Shown here: one piece after another, positions 25,144-38,837 of the stretch
Position numbering within the stretch: the first letter of the stretch is position 1
Layout of the letters: each line of letters opens with the position of its first letter
From: Phoronis australis
Taxonomy: Eukaryota; Animalia; Phoronida
Direction of reading: 5' to 3'
Assembly: GCA_002633005.1 (NCBI GenBank)
Contig: NMRA01000289.1
Span: forward strand, 339,739-403,738
Length of the DNA: 64,000 nucleotides
Notes under the pieces: model-generated
Databases searched by the model: none
Told to the model about the DNA's origin: nothing
What the model saw: the letters and a program-made list of their open reading frames with translations, nothing else
Position numbers and translations under genes: made by a program

Positions 25144-25972
25144 CGGCTACAGACGTACAGTGGCAGTGGTCACCGTCTACTCTAAAGCTGTCACTTGAGG
25201 TAGTTGATTACAATTCAGTGGCAATGCTTACTGGGAAATCTTCTGAGTGTTGATCAAGGACATCTTCTGGAATTCTGTGAATTGGCATAGTGTTTACTGT
25301 AACAACTCAAGACTGAGTTAACTTTTCAAGAGTACGTGCGCCAAGCGCCCAAGGACGACCGTGATTATTCTACCGGATGTTTGGCTGTGGAGAAAACTAC
25401 ATTCGAAGACAGAAATAACTTTTGTAAATTATTTGTGCATCACGCTGTAACTTAAGGATAGACTTTCAATTCATAAAACTACTCATTCCAAATTAATTGT
25501 ACTGTTATCATGAACTGGTATCATCAATTTTCAAAAGAAAGCATTCCATCTAGCGTCACTTTTTGAAAACCTGGGGAAACTGTCTTTCCTCTGTGCTGGT
25601 TCTGACCACCTAGCGGCACGCAGGGAACCAGTGAGACTGTGTCCTCAGTGGCGCGAAATACAAGAGGGAACCAATACCGGGCGCTTCAGTTTATCTCATG
25701 TTCCTCGATCACCATTGACGTCACTCATTACTAAGAAAGCATGTTTCTTATATTACATGCAGCTTATGAGTCATCCTGAAATTCGAGCGCCTGTGCTAAC
25801 TACGGCAGCATATCAGGCCCTACCCCGAAATTTCGGAACGGCATACTATGCTATAGGTCTCCCCATTGCCCGTCCGCCACTGGTTGGTTGAAGTTAGCTC
25901 ACATGACAGTACAGCTCAGCTTGAGCTGCTTGATCACGTAGGCTACGTTATCCTTTAATGACACTTCTTAAT

Positions 25973-26150
25973 CATGGGCGGCGCACCAGGGCCGGGGGCT
26001 GGGGGACTTAGTCGGAGTTACCCTGGCTGGCCTCGGCCCACTCATGTTTTTTCAGCCGTGCCACGCCGCACATGGTCTATAGGCGGTGCACCACAGGAGG
26101 GCTGAGGGGGCTTTAGCCCCCCACAAGTTTTTCAGTGCCGCGACGCCCTC
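25973..26150 (+). mobile_element. Short CATGGGCGGCGCA-type MITE
   Basis: Same GGGGGCT(A/T)TAGCCCCC and CAGTGC.GCG motifs as 26763-26900, 29428-29570, 30781-30922 and 33300-33440. Confidence 0.7.
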
Positions 26151-26762
26151 ATTAATTATAAGCCAATGATAAAAATACGTGCCTGTTGACTGTTGGCAAA
26201 AAACTAAAGTTTATTTAAAAATATACCCGCATCAGTACACCGGAGGCCTCCTGCGAGAAACTTTTTAGTTTTAGAACTTTGAATTTTCTTTCTAGGCCAG
26301 AAAATAATATGTAGAAGCTTGTGTGCGAGCAGAGCGTAAGAAAGTTCACAAGGATCATTCTCGCAGGAGCGGTGGATCCAAGATTTTGGGTATTAGGGGG
26401 CCAGGGCAGAATATTAGCCATGATTTTGCCCTGCCCCCCCCCCAACTCAAAATCCGAATCCGCCCCTGTAATTGACACAAAAATTACTTTTAATTCGATT
26501 GGTGTTTATTCAAGCAAAATGTAATAACTATTACCGACTACACTACCCTTTAATTGTTGACAATAACAGTAGCATCTGTAGCGATAACTTCGACTGGGAC
26601 AGACTCGGAAGTTCAGTTGACCGTTCATACTACGTCGACGCTCCGCTATTAAATCCAGCTGTTTAGTGCGAAGTTAATTGGCGCTCGATCCATGACCGAA
26701 GTTATACCGCTTCATACTTCAACTCTCCAGAACATCGACGCGTCGACGTTATAGTATAATAT

Positions 26763-26902
26763 ATGGGCGGCTCAACATAGGGGGCTGGGGGAGCTATAGG
26801 CCCACTTTTTTCAGTGCTCTGGGGCCCATGGTCTATGGGCGGTGTTCCACAGGGATGCAGGGGGCTATAGTCCCCCACTTTTTTCAGTGCTGCGCTGCCC
26901 AG
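26763..26902 (+). mobile_element. Short CATGGGCGGCGCA-type MITE
   Basis: ATGGGCGGCTCA..GGGGCTATAGTCCCC..CAGTGCTGCGCTGCCCA. Confidence 0.7.
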
Positions 26903-27176
26903 TTGATTTGAAAGGCTCCACAGTCTGCTCCACTAGTCGCGCCGCGAACGACATTCTTATTTCGACCAAAGTAATCCTAAAGATAGCAAGCGAATGTTCC
27001 ATTTTATGTCACTGAGTCACTCCCTCTGAAATCATTCTTTTACCACAACGCAATGTTCAACTGTGCTCATTTCTTTTTGGTGTAACCCTCAGGTTCATTT
27101 CTAATTTTTTGGACCAAGCCAAGTTGTTTTGTTTTGTAACTGATCTCTTGTTAAACAAGGTGTTGTATAATCTTAA

Positions 27177-28893
27177 AAGAGAATGCCACCCAAAACACAA
27201 CCCGTTTTGTATCAGTTTAGATCGAGCAGTTCCACTCGATAACAGCAAGTTCACTGGTTTCTTTTACCTGAAACCTGACGGCAGACGGAGGTGTTAAAAT
27301 TAACCAATGACGTCAGAGGTTCGAACGCAGTCGGTTCAGCAGTTCACAACACGTTTACTGGTGTCAGCTTATTGCTTAATTTCATCGTTTTACACCAATA
27401 AATCATCAAAATTCGATGTAAAACCCTTACAAAACACGTACCGAGTTCTTGAACAAACGCGATGTTTTATTTCGCTGTTACGGATTTATAGGCCCAATTT
27501 ACCAAGGTCGGTCACTGGAGTTTGGGGTCTGTTCTATACGTAATCAATTCGAATTATTCTTCCGCGAAATACAGACAGGGCTGACAACATAGCTGTACAG
27601 AAACTTGCGATTTTTTCGGTTATATCCACGCCAGTACATAACACGCTTGTTATCCCGGCCATGCAGTGGCTCTGCGGAACCCAATCTGGCCCGGATCGGC
27701 GACAGGACTGAAGACATCACGGACACAAACCAGCCAGTTGGAAACTAAACTTCCAGTCACGAAAAGACTATACTAGTGAGTCAACGAAATAATGTGCACG
27801 TGATGATTTTAGTGAATTAGTCGCGAATCTACTTAATCGTCAGGAGCCGCGAAGTCAGGTTTCCCTTCCACAGAACTGTCATGGCAAAAGTGGTACAGTA
27901 ACCATGATTCGAATAATGTATGTGTATATCTAGATGAAGATTCCCCTAGGCTAGGCCTAACATCTGACCATAGCAGTGGTAAAATTAGAGCCGGGTAAGT
28001 AGGCGCCCAAAGCCCCGGCCACCGGCGTATCACGTAGTTGAGCACTGAACGTAACTTACGGTGCGTAGGCGCTACGTTCATATGCAAAAAGGTGGTCGGG
28101 CTGCACCTAGGTGCGCCTACGCCCCACTTCAGCACTGAGCATGTAAAATCGAGTTACTGTGTCACAACACTTCTGTCATCAAACACTGAATTAGCATGAA
28201 CTCACACGGCCTCGGTGCCCGCGGTCAATTAGCTTAATTTATTGTATCTAACGCCGGTAACGCAGTGATTTACATATATACATTGCTGGCCTCCCAAAAC
28301 ATTTGCACTCACTAATATTCCAAAGGTACTAGAATTTTTATCTAATGAGACAGACTTTGACACTCGTTCAAGCATTATAGGGTGAGAATAATTCATTTTG
28401 AAACAGAACACACAATAATACTCCGCCCGAACCTGGCAACTTGCAATCCCGACGAGTGCTCATCAAATTTTTTTTCTGCCCTGGCATGAGCTGTTTGGTA
28501 AGCCGGCATTCGTCAGTGAAATCACTGTCGACGAAATTGCCGGCCACAGACACGGAGATGTTTCATGACCTTATACTTGGAATTAACGGCAGGCTTTTCA
28601 TTCTTCACTTCCGCGAAACATTTCGGGCTCTCGAGGAATTCCAAAGAAAACAATATACCCGCTTTCTTCACAACTTCACATTTCGCACTAGCGTGAACGA
28701 CACACCACACCATAGCGGCAATCATTCTGCAGAAGAACCCCTGACGTCGCTGCATCGTTTACTCACCTTCCTCACAGGTTAACGCTACACCTCTCTGTGA
28801 GGTAAGATCGACCGTACACGCGGTGATGTGGATATAGACTGATTAAGACGGTAAAAAGGGACTAATTAAACCCGGGGGGGGGGGCATTCTCCT
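27177..28893 (-). mobile_element. Third, more diverged copy of the Kolobok/T2-type MITE, inverted
   Basis: TTAA|AAGAGAATGCCACCC ... GGCATTCTCCT|GTAA. Internal blocks are reverse complements of 2113-3787 (e.g. 27200-27490 vs 3480-3770; 28280-28420 vs 2690-2830). Confidence 0.85.
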
Positions 28894-31206
28894 GTAAAGG
28901 TGGTTTTATACGCATGTTATTGTACATACTTCATTGTGCAGTCTGCACATGCCATGCTGATGTTTAGTGAATACGTTGTTTCATTGATTATTAAATAATT
29001 CTGATGTTGATATAAGTTAATGCAATCTCAAGTTTTACATTGTATTGAATTAATAATCGGTGCTTCATTTAGTGTAAAATTATGGTGTCATAGTTGTAAT
29101 GTCATGACCTTTGCATTTTAGCATGAACAAAAGAATAAATTTTGTATCATATTCATTCAGTCGTTAACTGACTTTAATTGGCATTTTGGCTATGGCTGAT
29201 TGGCAAAAGCAAAACAATTGCGATAGGTTGTATGTCAGAAAAAAACATATGTAAATTATCCGATATTAGAATTTGAAACCAAGCTCGTACATGTAAAGAA
29301 GTAAAAAAATTATATTATTTCTCCCATGACCTAAATACCAGACTTAAAGGTATGCATATTTTTCTATTGTCACAATGGTACTGGTCTGTTTCTACCTCTG
29401 ATAATAAGTATTTTGTTGATCATATTTCATTGGCGGCGCACCAAAGGGGGTTGTGGGGCTATAGCCCCACTTTTTCCAGTCGTGCGCCACCCATTGTCTA
29501 TGGGTGGTGCACAACCGGGCTGGGGGCTATAGCCCTCCCCCCCACTTTTTCCAGTGCTGCGCCGCCCGTGTATTTGATTTGTTAACCTGGAAGCTCACAA
29601 CCTAAACATATATTATGTAAGAGAAGTTGTGGTGTTTCTATATTTCGATACTGTATGCAACACTTCTAGATGTTGTGTATTTGTTAACAGATCTCACTTT
29701 GACACTAGATTCTCAATATTGTTTTTGACAAACTAGACTACTGTACAGCCATGTTTATATTCTATTTGCCTATTATGTGTTTTTGTATGTTTGTTTTAAA
29801 ATAAACGGTGTGATTAGATATATTACTTATCTTTTATTTTATTTCATCTAAAATNGTGAAATCACTGTCGACGAAATTGCCGGCCACAGACACGGAGGTG
29901 TTTCATGACCTTATACTTGGAATTAACGGCAGGCTTTTCATTCTTCACTTCCGCGAGACACTTCCGAAACATTTCGGGCTCTCGAGGAAATCCAAACAAA
30001 ACAATATACCCGCTTTCTTCACAACTTCATATTTCGCACAAGCGTGAACGAAACACCACACCATAGCGGCAATCATTCTGCAGAAGAACCACTGACGTCG
30101 CTGCGTCGTTTACTCACCTTCCACACAGGTTAACGCCGGCGACACCTCTCTGCGAGGTAAGATCGACCGTACACGCGGTGATGTGGATATAGACTGATTA
30201 AGACGGTAAAAAGGGACTAATTAAACCCGGGGGGGGGGGCATTCTCCTGTAAAGGTGGTTTTATACGCATGTTATTGTACATACTTCATTGTGCAGTCTG
30301 CAAATGCCATGCTGATGTTTAGTGAATACGTTGTTTCATTGATTATTAAATAATTCTGATGTTGATATAAGTTAATGCAATCTCAAGTTTCACATTGTAT
30401 TGAATTAATAATCGGTTCTTCATTTAGTGTAAAATTATGGTGTCATAGTTGTAATGTCATGACCTTTGCATTTTAGCATGAACAAAAGAATAAATTTTTA
30501 TCATATTCATTCAATCGTTAACTGACTTTAATTGGCATTTTGGCTATGGCTGATTGGCAAAAGCAAAACAATTGCGATAGGTTGTATATCAGAAAAAAAC
30601 ATATGTAAATTATCTGATATTAGAATTTGAAACCAACCTCGTACATGTAAAGAAGTGAAAAATTATATTATTTCTCCCATGACCTAAATAACAGACTTAA
30701 AGGTATGCATATTTTTCTATTGTCACAATGGTACTGGTCTGTTTCTACCTCTGATTACAAGTATTTTGTTGATCATATTTCATTGGCGGCGCACCAAAGG
30801 GGGTTGTGGGGCTATAGCCCCACTTTTTGCAGTCGTGCGCCACCCATTGTCTATGGGTGGTGCACAACCGGGCTGGGGGCTATAGCCCTCCCCCCACTTT
30901 TTCCAGTGCTGCGCCGCCCATGTATTTGATTTGTTAACCTGGAAGCTCACAACCTGAACATATATTATGTAAGAGAAGTTGTGGTGTTTCTATATTTTGA
31001 TACTGTATGCAACACTTCTAGATGTTGTGTATTTGTTAACAGATCTCACTTTGACACTAGATTCTCAATATTGTTTTTGACAACCTAGACTACTGTACAG
31101 CCATGTTTATATTCTATTTGCCTATTATGTGTTTTTGTATGTTTGTTTTAAAATAAACGGTGTGATTAGATATATTACTTATCTTTTATTTTATTTCATA
31201 TAAAAT
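28516..31206 (+). repeat. ~1.34-kb tandem duplication across a single N (probable uncollapsed haplotypes)
   Basis: 28516-29854 is near-identical to 29856-31206, with scattered SNPs and indels; junction exactly at N29855. Confidence 0.9.
29428..29570 (+). mobile_element. Short MITE with 5-bp TSD (TATTT)
   Basis: TATTT|CATTGGCGGCGCA..TGCGCCGCCCGTG|TATTT; duplicate at 30781-30922. Confidence 0.75.
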
Positions 31207-33299
31207 GATGCAGTGTAAATGCAACCAACCTGTTGGGGTGTGTCATTTTGACAAAATTCGGTCTCAGCCAATGTACATGTAACTACAACATAGGAAGTTT
31301 CAGTTTCTCCTCCATATGGAAATCCGGGTCAAAGGGAAGGACACAAGTAGTTCTATTCAGTTGGAGAATTTTATGATGCCTTCTTTACTGAGGCAGCCCA
31401 GGCAGCTGGCTCTCAACTGTGTTGGCATGGAGTGGCGTAATTGAAACTTGCACTTCAGTAAACAAATCTGATTGGTTTTTGGCTTGAATATTCACGAGTA
31501 CTGTACTAGGTAAGTCATGTGTTCCTTGCCACTGAAACAGAATTTAACCTTCCTGTTCACAAGGTATTTCGAGTATTTGTTCTTAAAAATCTTGAATTTC
31601 GATCTGTGGCCTATCAAAACATTTTTCTCAGTTAGTTTAGCGCAAAAAAACATCTGTCAACTGCTCCTCACTTCGTCGATTTTTCTCCCACATCCCATCT
31701 CCTTAAAACCTTTGCCTTTAAAAAAGCAAGAGTGGCAAATTTTAAGCAGCCGCCAGTTCGATGAGAAGTAATTGGTGTAACAGTTTAAAATCAGTTAGGA
31801 AGGTATCGTAGTATTAAAAAATGTTAGAATATCGGTTGCTTAACTGGATTGCCTCATACTGTGCTCTCGACCCAGGGCCGTAGGAAGCGGGGGGGACGGC
31901 CCCCAAAATTTTCAGGCGCCAGGGTTAAACCGTGGCAACCGACATAGGCATGGGGAAGGGGACAATAGAGAAAAGAAAGACTGCGAAATACGGATAAGAG
32001 AGAAAATTCTAAAAGAACGTTTAACAACAGTGCATGGTTTACTTTTTGAGGACCCTGGCCAGGACATTGTTAGGGTCTCCGCGTTTGCAGCACGGGTCGT
32101 CTAAACGCACCTGGAAATATGCACGTAATCATTCATACTCGTTCATATATTTCGAAAAATTGAGAAAACTTGTAAAGCGAAGCTCTTTGGGAGCGTACTA
32201 ATTTATTGGATTTTTCAATAAGTCATTTTTGCGAATTTTTTTCCAGAGGCCCCTGTCTGCCAAGGGATATCGGAGACAACATTCGCTATATTTTTGTCGA
32301 AACTGTACATCACTTGAGAAAAATTGAAAACCTGACAGATAAAATCAATTGCTGCACATTTCCTGATTTTCGAAAAACATATAGATATTTTTATATTTAG
32401 GGGCCCCGCCCTTGAAGAAGGCAATGATGATTTTCAAGTGGCCACCTTTTTGTGGGTCTTATGTTGGAATCGATTACCTCCATTTTGCTGCTTTTTGTGA
32501 AATCGTGCAACGTGCTTTTATGTTGAAGGTCACTTCCCGCTGCATCGTTTTGTGACAACACGAAGGTGGAATGTACTGTCACTCGTTTTCCAAGCTTAAT
32601 GATGTTTAGCCTTTCATCTTAAGGTGTCCCGTTTCAGACGGGACTCTCTCTCGGTGAAATGTTCTTTGTCCCTCTGTACATGTAAATCCGACACTGCCAA
32701 GTATTCACGAGGGAAGCTGTGATTCGAAATCCATAAGAACTACAAAACATTCTTGCCCAGCACAGCAGTATCAAGACATTCGACAAAAACAAACAAAAAG
32801 TGTGAACAAAATACAAATAGAGTGGCCACCATCGAAAGGGTGGAATTTTGAAGAACGTGAAGACCACTATTAGTGAAATACGCAAAAGGAATATTTCCGA
32901 CGGTTAGCTATAAAATTATATTACTGTTTCCCATAGTATCACAAGAGTAGTATCCATTTTGAAGCTGGTTACCATGCGAGCACCCAGGCTAAAATATAGG
33001 GGTTCAAATATTTGACAATGTGGACCTTTTACTAAAAAAACGGGTACTAAGGAAAAAAACAGGGTTCTACGATCAGAGCTATGAATTGAGCTTTCCCGCC
33101 GAATTCCTGCCTATTTGCCTTTTTAGTGGTCTTTTCTTTCGTTTTTCTGGGACTTTTTGTTTCTTTGAGGCGGACCTTTTTACCCATTTCACTAAATGAG
33201 GGGAAGGGCTCGTGAGAGCCCCCTGAGACCCCTGGGTGCGTGCATGGTTAATATTTTTTTTTGTGAGGAATTTCCGCCTGTGGAAAACACTGCTGTCAT

Positions 33300-33440
33300 C
33301 ATGGGTGGCGCAGCACTGTAAAAAGTGGGGGACTAAAGCCCCCTCAGCTCCCTGTGTGCACCGCCTATAGACCACGTGCGGCGTAGCACTGAAAAATTGG
33401 GGGCTATAGGCCCCCAGCCCCCTATGGTGCGCCGCCCATT
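33300..33440 (-). mobile_element. Short CATGGGCGGCGCA-type MITE, inverted
   Basis: CATGGGTGGCGCAGCACTG..GGTGCGCCGCCCAT. Confidence 0.7.
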
Positions 33441-33999
33441 TGTCTATGCTACCATTTCTGATGACCGCGTACATGTCGAAAGAGGGTACTCAAAGAACTC
33501 TCGCAATCATAAGCAATGATTTCAGCGTTTTATTTTCTATGGAGTTCAAATTTTCCTCGTGAACCGTTACAAATACATGTACCTCTGAAATGAGCAAAAA
33601 TACAGTGTAATACAAATGACCCATCTCCCATGATATTCCCCTGGTTACCCGTCAAAAAGCTGCGAGCAGGCCTACGGAAATTGCTCATAACATTCCGTTT
33701 TCATAAACAAATTCGCTGTTTCTATTTTATTTGTTGATTTATTTACGAAAATCGATTGATTCAGTGATGGCTTTTGACAATTAGAAGTATTCCAAAGAAT
33801 TTACTTGCAGCCTGAAGTTGGAAAAACTCGGTAATCCGATTCCCAATAGTAAAGTACACTTAGAAAAATTCTGCCTACCTAAAATTATTCTTGACGACAT
33901 TGATGAAATTTAGACTCACAAAACATAGATCGAAAAGTGTTTTAAAAGTCATTAAAAAATAAAATTAAACTCATTGCTTAGAAAGTCTGGTGATCAGGA

Positions 34000-34186
34000 A
34001 ATGTTATACGCTGTTAGGTGGCGCTTTAACGCCCTACTTGAAATCACGTGACCACTAAACTCTGCCAAGGAAATGTAAATATTTCAATCACCGAAGTCAT
34101 TATCACAGAAATAGTTCAGAGCTAAATTTGAAGCTCTATTCGACGCTTAAATAACCATAGAAACATTGAAGACGAAACAGGTAAGT
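34000..34186 (+). promoter_or_regulatory. Candidate promoter and non-coding first exon, possibly of Rab23
   Basis: CTCF-like CTGTTAGGTGGCGCT at 34011-34025, E-box/CLEAR-like ATCACGTGAC at 34043-34052, perfect donor CAG|GTAAGT at 34181. Downstream sequence looks T-rich on +, as for an intron (judged by eye). Confidence 0.4.
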
Positions 34187-34512
34187 CGATGATGTGCTTT
34201 CGTTCTCAGAAGACGATTAAATTGCTTCTAAAATTTATAATTTTTCCCAGCACTGGCAGCAGGTGTCTTGACGTTTTGATTTGATCGATTCAGATAGTCG
34301 GTCGGCTCACCAACCAACTCACGCTATTGCCGTAGGCTGGTATTCACCCTGTGTATTTGGCCAACAGAAACTTATTTCCAGAAATCGGAGAAACTATAAT
34401 GGAATTTCAGCAAAGTTCTACTTTCCTGAATCCCGATTTTCTTGGCCACTTGATAAAAAATCACCATCCCCCATGTCACTCATGTTGTTTGATTGCCGGT
34501 CAGACTTCTAAG

Positions 34513-35036
34513 TTCTATGAAGCGCCATAGGGTTCTTAAATGAGAACCTTTCTGCACATTGAAATGCGCTTAATCACTTCATAGTTTTGCTTAATCAACA
34601 CGTACTTTTAGTTCTTAAACCTTTATCATTCTGCTCTTATTCAACACGCACTTTTGCTTAATCAACGCAAAGAATTGCTTAATCAATGTGTATTTTTAGT
34701 TAGTTGACATATCACATAGTCTAATCGGCCGAGGACTTTCTACATGGGTGCAAGGCAACTTTTAAAGAATGTTGAATGTTGCAAATTCTTATCAAACGAC
34801 CACGTAAATGATGGTGCCGTTAAATTTGTTAAGAACAGGTATGTGCACGTTAAGGAAGAGCAGAACTATAATTGTTTAAGAACTAAAAGTACGCGTTGAA
34901 CAAGCCAAGCATAACTACCCGTTGATTAAGTGAAACTATGTGTTGATTAAGTTAAGTATGCATTGAATAATAGAGGGATGATGATGGTTGATAAAGCACA
35001 TGTACTCATTTAAGAACCTTTCGGCGCTTCATAGAA
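34513..35036. mobile_element. ~520-bp MITE
   Basis: TTCTATGAAGCGCC..GGTTCTTAAATGAG ... CTCATTTAAGAACC..GGCGCTTCATAGAA; inner inverted blocks (GTACTTTTAGTTCTTAAAC / GTTTAAGAACTAAAAGTAC). Confidence 0.8.
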
Positions 35037-35346
35037 TTTGGACACAAACCTTGGCAATGACATGTCACACAACATATTTTTGGTAATTTTCGAATATTCA
35101 TGACACTGACAGGTAATCTTAGATTTGTCAATGTATTTGTACTCAACTCTCTATTCTCAGGTAATTGTTTCCTGACATATTCAGTAGATTTTATTTTGGC
35201 ATCAATTCTCAAACCATGAACATCATTCTTCCACTTGCCTGACTTGTGGCTGTGTGCTGACTGTCACTAATGCGGAAAGCTATGTTATTACGGTAGCTGG
35301 CTATGATACCTTGCATGCTTGTGTACTAACTGTGCTCTGTGCTTTA

Positions 35347-35382
35347 TTATGCGCCCACATATTTATATGTGGACGCATTATG
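35347..35382 (+). repeat. Solo HINE palindromic terminus
   Basis: TTATGCGCCCACATATTTATATGTGGACGCATTATG is the reverse complement of 12114-12149. Confidence 0.85.
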
Positions 35383-38361
35383 AGAAATGTGCTGCTATTT
35401 AACGAACCAGATAAGATCAATGAAAAATGGTTTGTTTATATGAAAATGATCTAGGCCTTCTCCTGATATCATAATTTCTTGCCCAGATATTGATAAGCAG
35501 GCAATCACTGATTAACAGCTGTTATTCAGTGGACAAACCGGTTTCGTCCATCGAGTAACTGTCAGTCATTCAGCAGGTGAAAGTGGTTCTCAAAATCGGA
35601 TGTAGACTCAAGTGGTGGCTGTGCAAATCGTAATCACTACAAACCCAGACTTGCCATAAACAAGAACACTGAGGTGATTACATGAAGCTGGTACATGTTA
35701 TGTCACTTTGTTTTAAGAAGAAAAAGCCACATGCACAGCCATCCCCTAGAACCAGGATTTTGACTTGAGTTTTGAGTTTGTTCCCTTTTTGTTTTCTGCT
35801 GTGGCCAGTTAATGTTTGTAATTATTTATGATAAAGCGACCCTGCAACTGCTCCCAATCATGTTAAATTTCTGAAAGAGTAGGTATTTAGATCAATAGTT
35901 GTCATGCTGACTCCCTGAAAGGGTGGAAACTCTATTTTTTATACATGCCCTTGTCAAAAAGCCATGGAATACCCCCTAGGCATGGTACTGAGCTCAGGTA
36001 AAAAACTTACTTCAATGTTTTTGAGTGACAAGACAAGCTAGAAAAAATATCCTTGAGGATTATTGCATTTTGCTCCTCTTATTCTGAAATTCATTCAGTT
36101 GTCAATTTGTATTGACTTTATAAGGATCTTGGCTATAGCAAACAATACTAAAATGTTCTTGAGGAGAGGCTTGTCAAACTTGGCACTGAAGTGATCTGTT
36201 ATCACCGACTTGTTTGTTTAGTAGATGAGATCTCTAAGTAGACACTGGATAACTGGTTGTGCATCTCTCATATAGAAAAAGGCAACTAATAAATAAGAGA
36301 ATTATATTTTGAATATGGTTTTTTTACGCCACCATATTATCAACTGTGTGAGATGTTAACAAATTATGAACATGTGAAGTAGTTGTTGCACAAAACCAAT
36401 CAGTAAACACCATCTATAGAGAAACTCTTTCTCATTTATATGTTCGGGTCATATGTCTATGTTGTGAATACAAGATATTTCAGTGGAGTGGTGTATGACT
36501 GCAGTCTCCTCAGAAAAAATGTATTTTTCTAGCCGGCATTGTTTCTGAAACTATAAAAATGTTAAACTGTAAGATCTAGATGTTTTTCAATGTCACTAAC
36601 TGATTTTCAAAATAACCGTGCCATATTGAAATTCACTATCCTGCCAAATCGGGTCTTTGATGAACAGGCGTTCATCGCTACCTACAGATCCCATGTGATG
36701 CAGACAGGAGGTATAAACAGCGTTTTAACACCTATCCTGCTATCATAATACCGGCAAATTTTCTCTGACGTGCGGTTGGATGTACTTTACGATAAAAGGT
36801 AAGCATCTTGAAATAACATAGAGGAAAGACGTCATCAAGTCCCATAAATTTCCAATGCAAAGAAGAATCTGCGGCTGCATAGTCAGTGGCTGACTAGTTA
36901 AGTGATGGTTAAAAGTTAAAGCAAATTGGTTAACTTACCTTTAATGGGAGTGGTTGACTGGGGGGTTTTTCCGTCTGTTTTCATAAATGAAACTCTTGTA
37001 GTGCTGAATTTCTGTCCTCGGAATCTGAGTTAAGATCAAGCGTAAGTCACTTTCTCGATGTCATTACTTTAGTGTGTGTCCATATGAAACTCCACTATTA
37101 GTGTTAGTCTTATAATTTGGGCTTAGAAATGGGGTTACCTTCTTGTTGTCATTAGATCAAGAGCTTTTAGTATACTGCTTAAGCGTGTCTTATCTGTAGT
37201 TTTATGCATGAGTCAAAACCGATTTGTCGTCTTCATTGGTTTTATGCTTGTGATTATTAATGCTGGTTTAAGCATGATCTTGAAATTGATTTATTGGTGG
37301 CTGAGTAAAATTTATCTAGAACAGAAAACAGTTTTAGGTTCATTTTGTTGATTCAAGTGCTGGTATTATGACACAATATGGCAGACAAGTGAAATAAGTA
37401 GTGGCATCAAAGTAAAACTTTACCTTTTTAGCTGTTGTACCATAGTTTCCATCAGACGTTTTGAAAAAATTCAATTATTCTTGGGAGGTGGATCCAGCCA
37501 GAAGATTAGTCCAGGGGGTCCGATCCCTCCGTATTTTACCAATGCGGCAAACAAAATCCATGGGAAAAAAGATTTTCTGTAGACCGCTGAGTGAGGATGT
37601 GACGATATTAAATGTCATTACCAGTATTCTACTCTTTGTTTGTGATATAGTTTGGTGCTCTTCAGAAACTCATCGTTTTATTTGGGCCTCACCTGTAGTA
37701 AAAAGCCGGATCTGCCTTTGGGCGTTCAACACAAAGTTAGAAGCCTTTGAAAATTAATCTGTCCTTGAATTTACGTCATTCTAGTTTGCGAAAATATGGT
37801 TATGGTTCTTTGCTCTGAGGACTGGATCCCAGTTTTGATTACCTACGGCTAACTTCATGAATTCTATCTAATCTTTCCTGTACACAGTGCTGCCTTTTGA
37901 TGAAGGGAATGTGGATGTATTTCACCTGTTGCTTGTGTGTACCTGTAAAGTCATTATGTAAATAGCCCATTGGGTGGTTAAGTGCCAAGCTGTGGCATGT
38001 CAACAGCAGCCACCTTTCTTTGAAAACCATTGTTTATATTTTTGTTTCGGCCCACAGCAACTTTCCCAGTTTTAGGCTCAGGCATGGGTCTCAAGGATCA
38101 TTTTAGAACAACATGGCCTGAAATGAATGGACGGATTTCAAGTTTCTGTGGGTGACGTGACCATTTTCTGTCCTTGTTTGATCCGATTTTTTAGGGGGCG
38201 GCATTGTCGCATGCATCATGTCTGCGACCTCGGTACTCTATGTTAAAGTGAGTAGTGATCAGCTAAATTCTGCATTTTTAAAATCACAGATGAATCCGAA
38301 GTTGGATTTGAGTAGATATCGTTAACACACAAATATGTTGATGTTTTGATCACTGAAATTA

Positions 38362-38837
38362 AGGGCCTTTCATACTAACGTCGGCACGTTGATGTTTTGG
38401 GGAGTTCCGGTCAGTAAGAACGCTTAACTTCAGTCCTTGATCAAAATTAACAACGCACTGAACAGGTGGATTTAACAGCGGAGTGTCGATGCTGCGGTGC
38501 ATTATGAACGGTCAACTTCAGTCCCATTGAAGTTATCGTCAGGTGCTACTGTTGTAGTGTCGTCGCCAATAGTAGCTTATATTTTACTTGAATAATCACT
38601 AGTCGAATTGATGATAAGTTTTATGTTAATTAGTGCATGTAAATGTTCCCAAAATTGTCACATTAAAAGAATCTTAGCGTACACCGTTACCTTACGATTA
38701 CTTCGACGACAACAGCGTCACCTACCGTTTAATTCGATGTTCGTAACTACCGAAGTCAGTGTAAACGGTTTAGTTAACTTTGCAGTTTACATCGACGCTC
38801 CGTTCAGATCGGAGTTAAGTTAGTATGAAAAGGCCTT
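38362..38837 (+). mobile_element. PIF/Harbinger-like MITE
   Basis: TIR GGGCCTTTCATACTAAC ... GTTAGTATGAAAAGGCC in TAA/TTA context; homologous to 41431-41830 and to an inverted fragment at ~26480-26745. Confidence 0.7.

Noticed and set aside
28516-31206. Apparent recent tandem duplication
   Set aside because: Junction is exactly at a single N and differences look allelic; probably uncollapsed haplotypes, as at N49077 and N50385.
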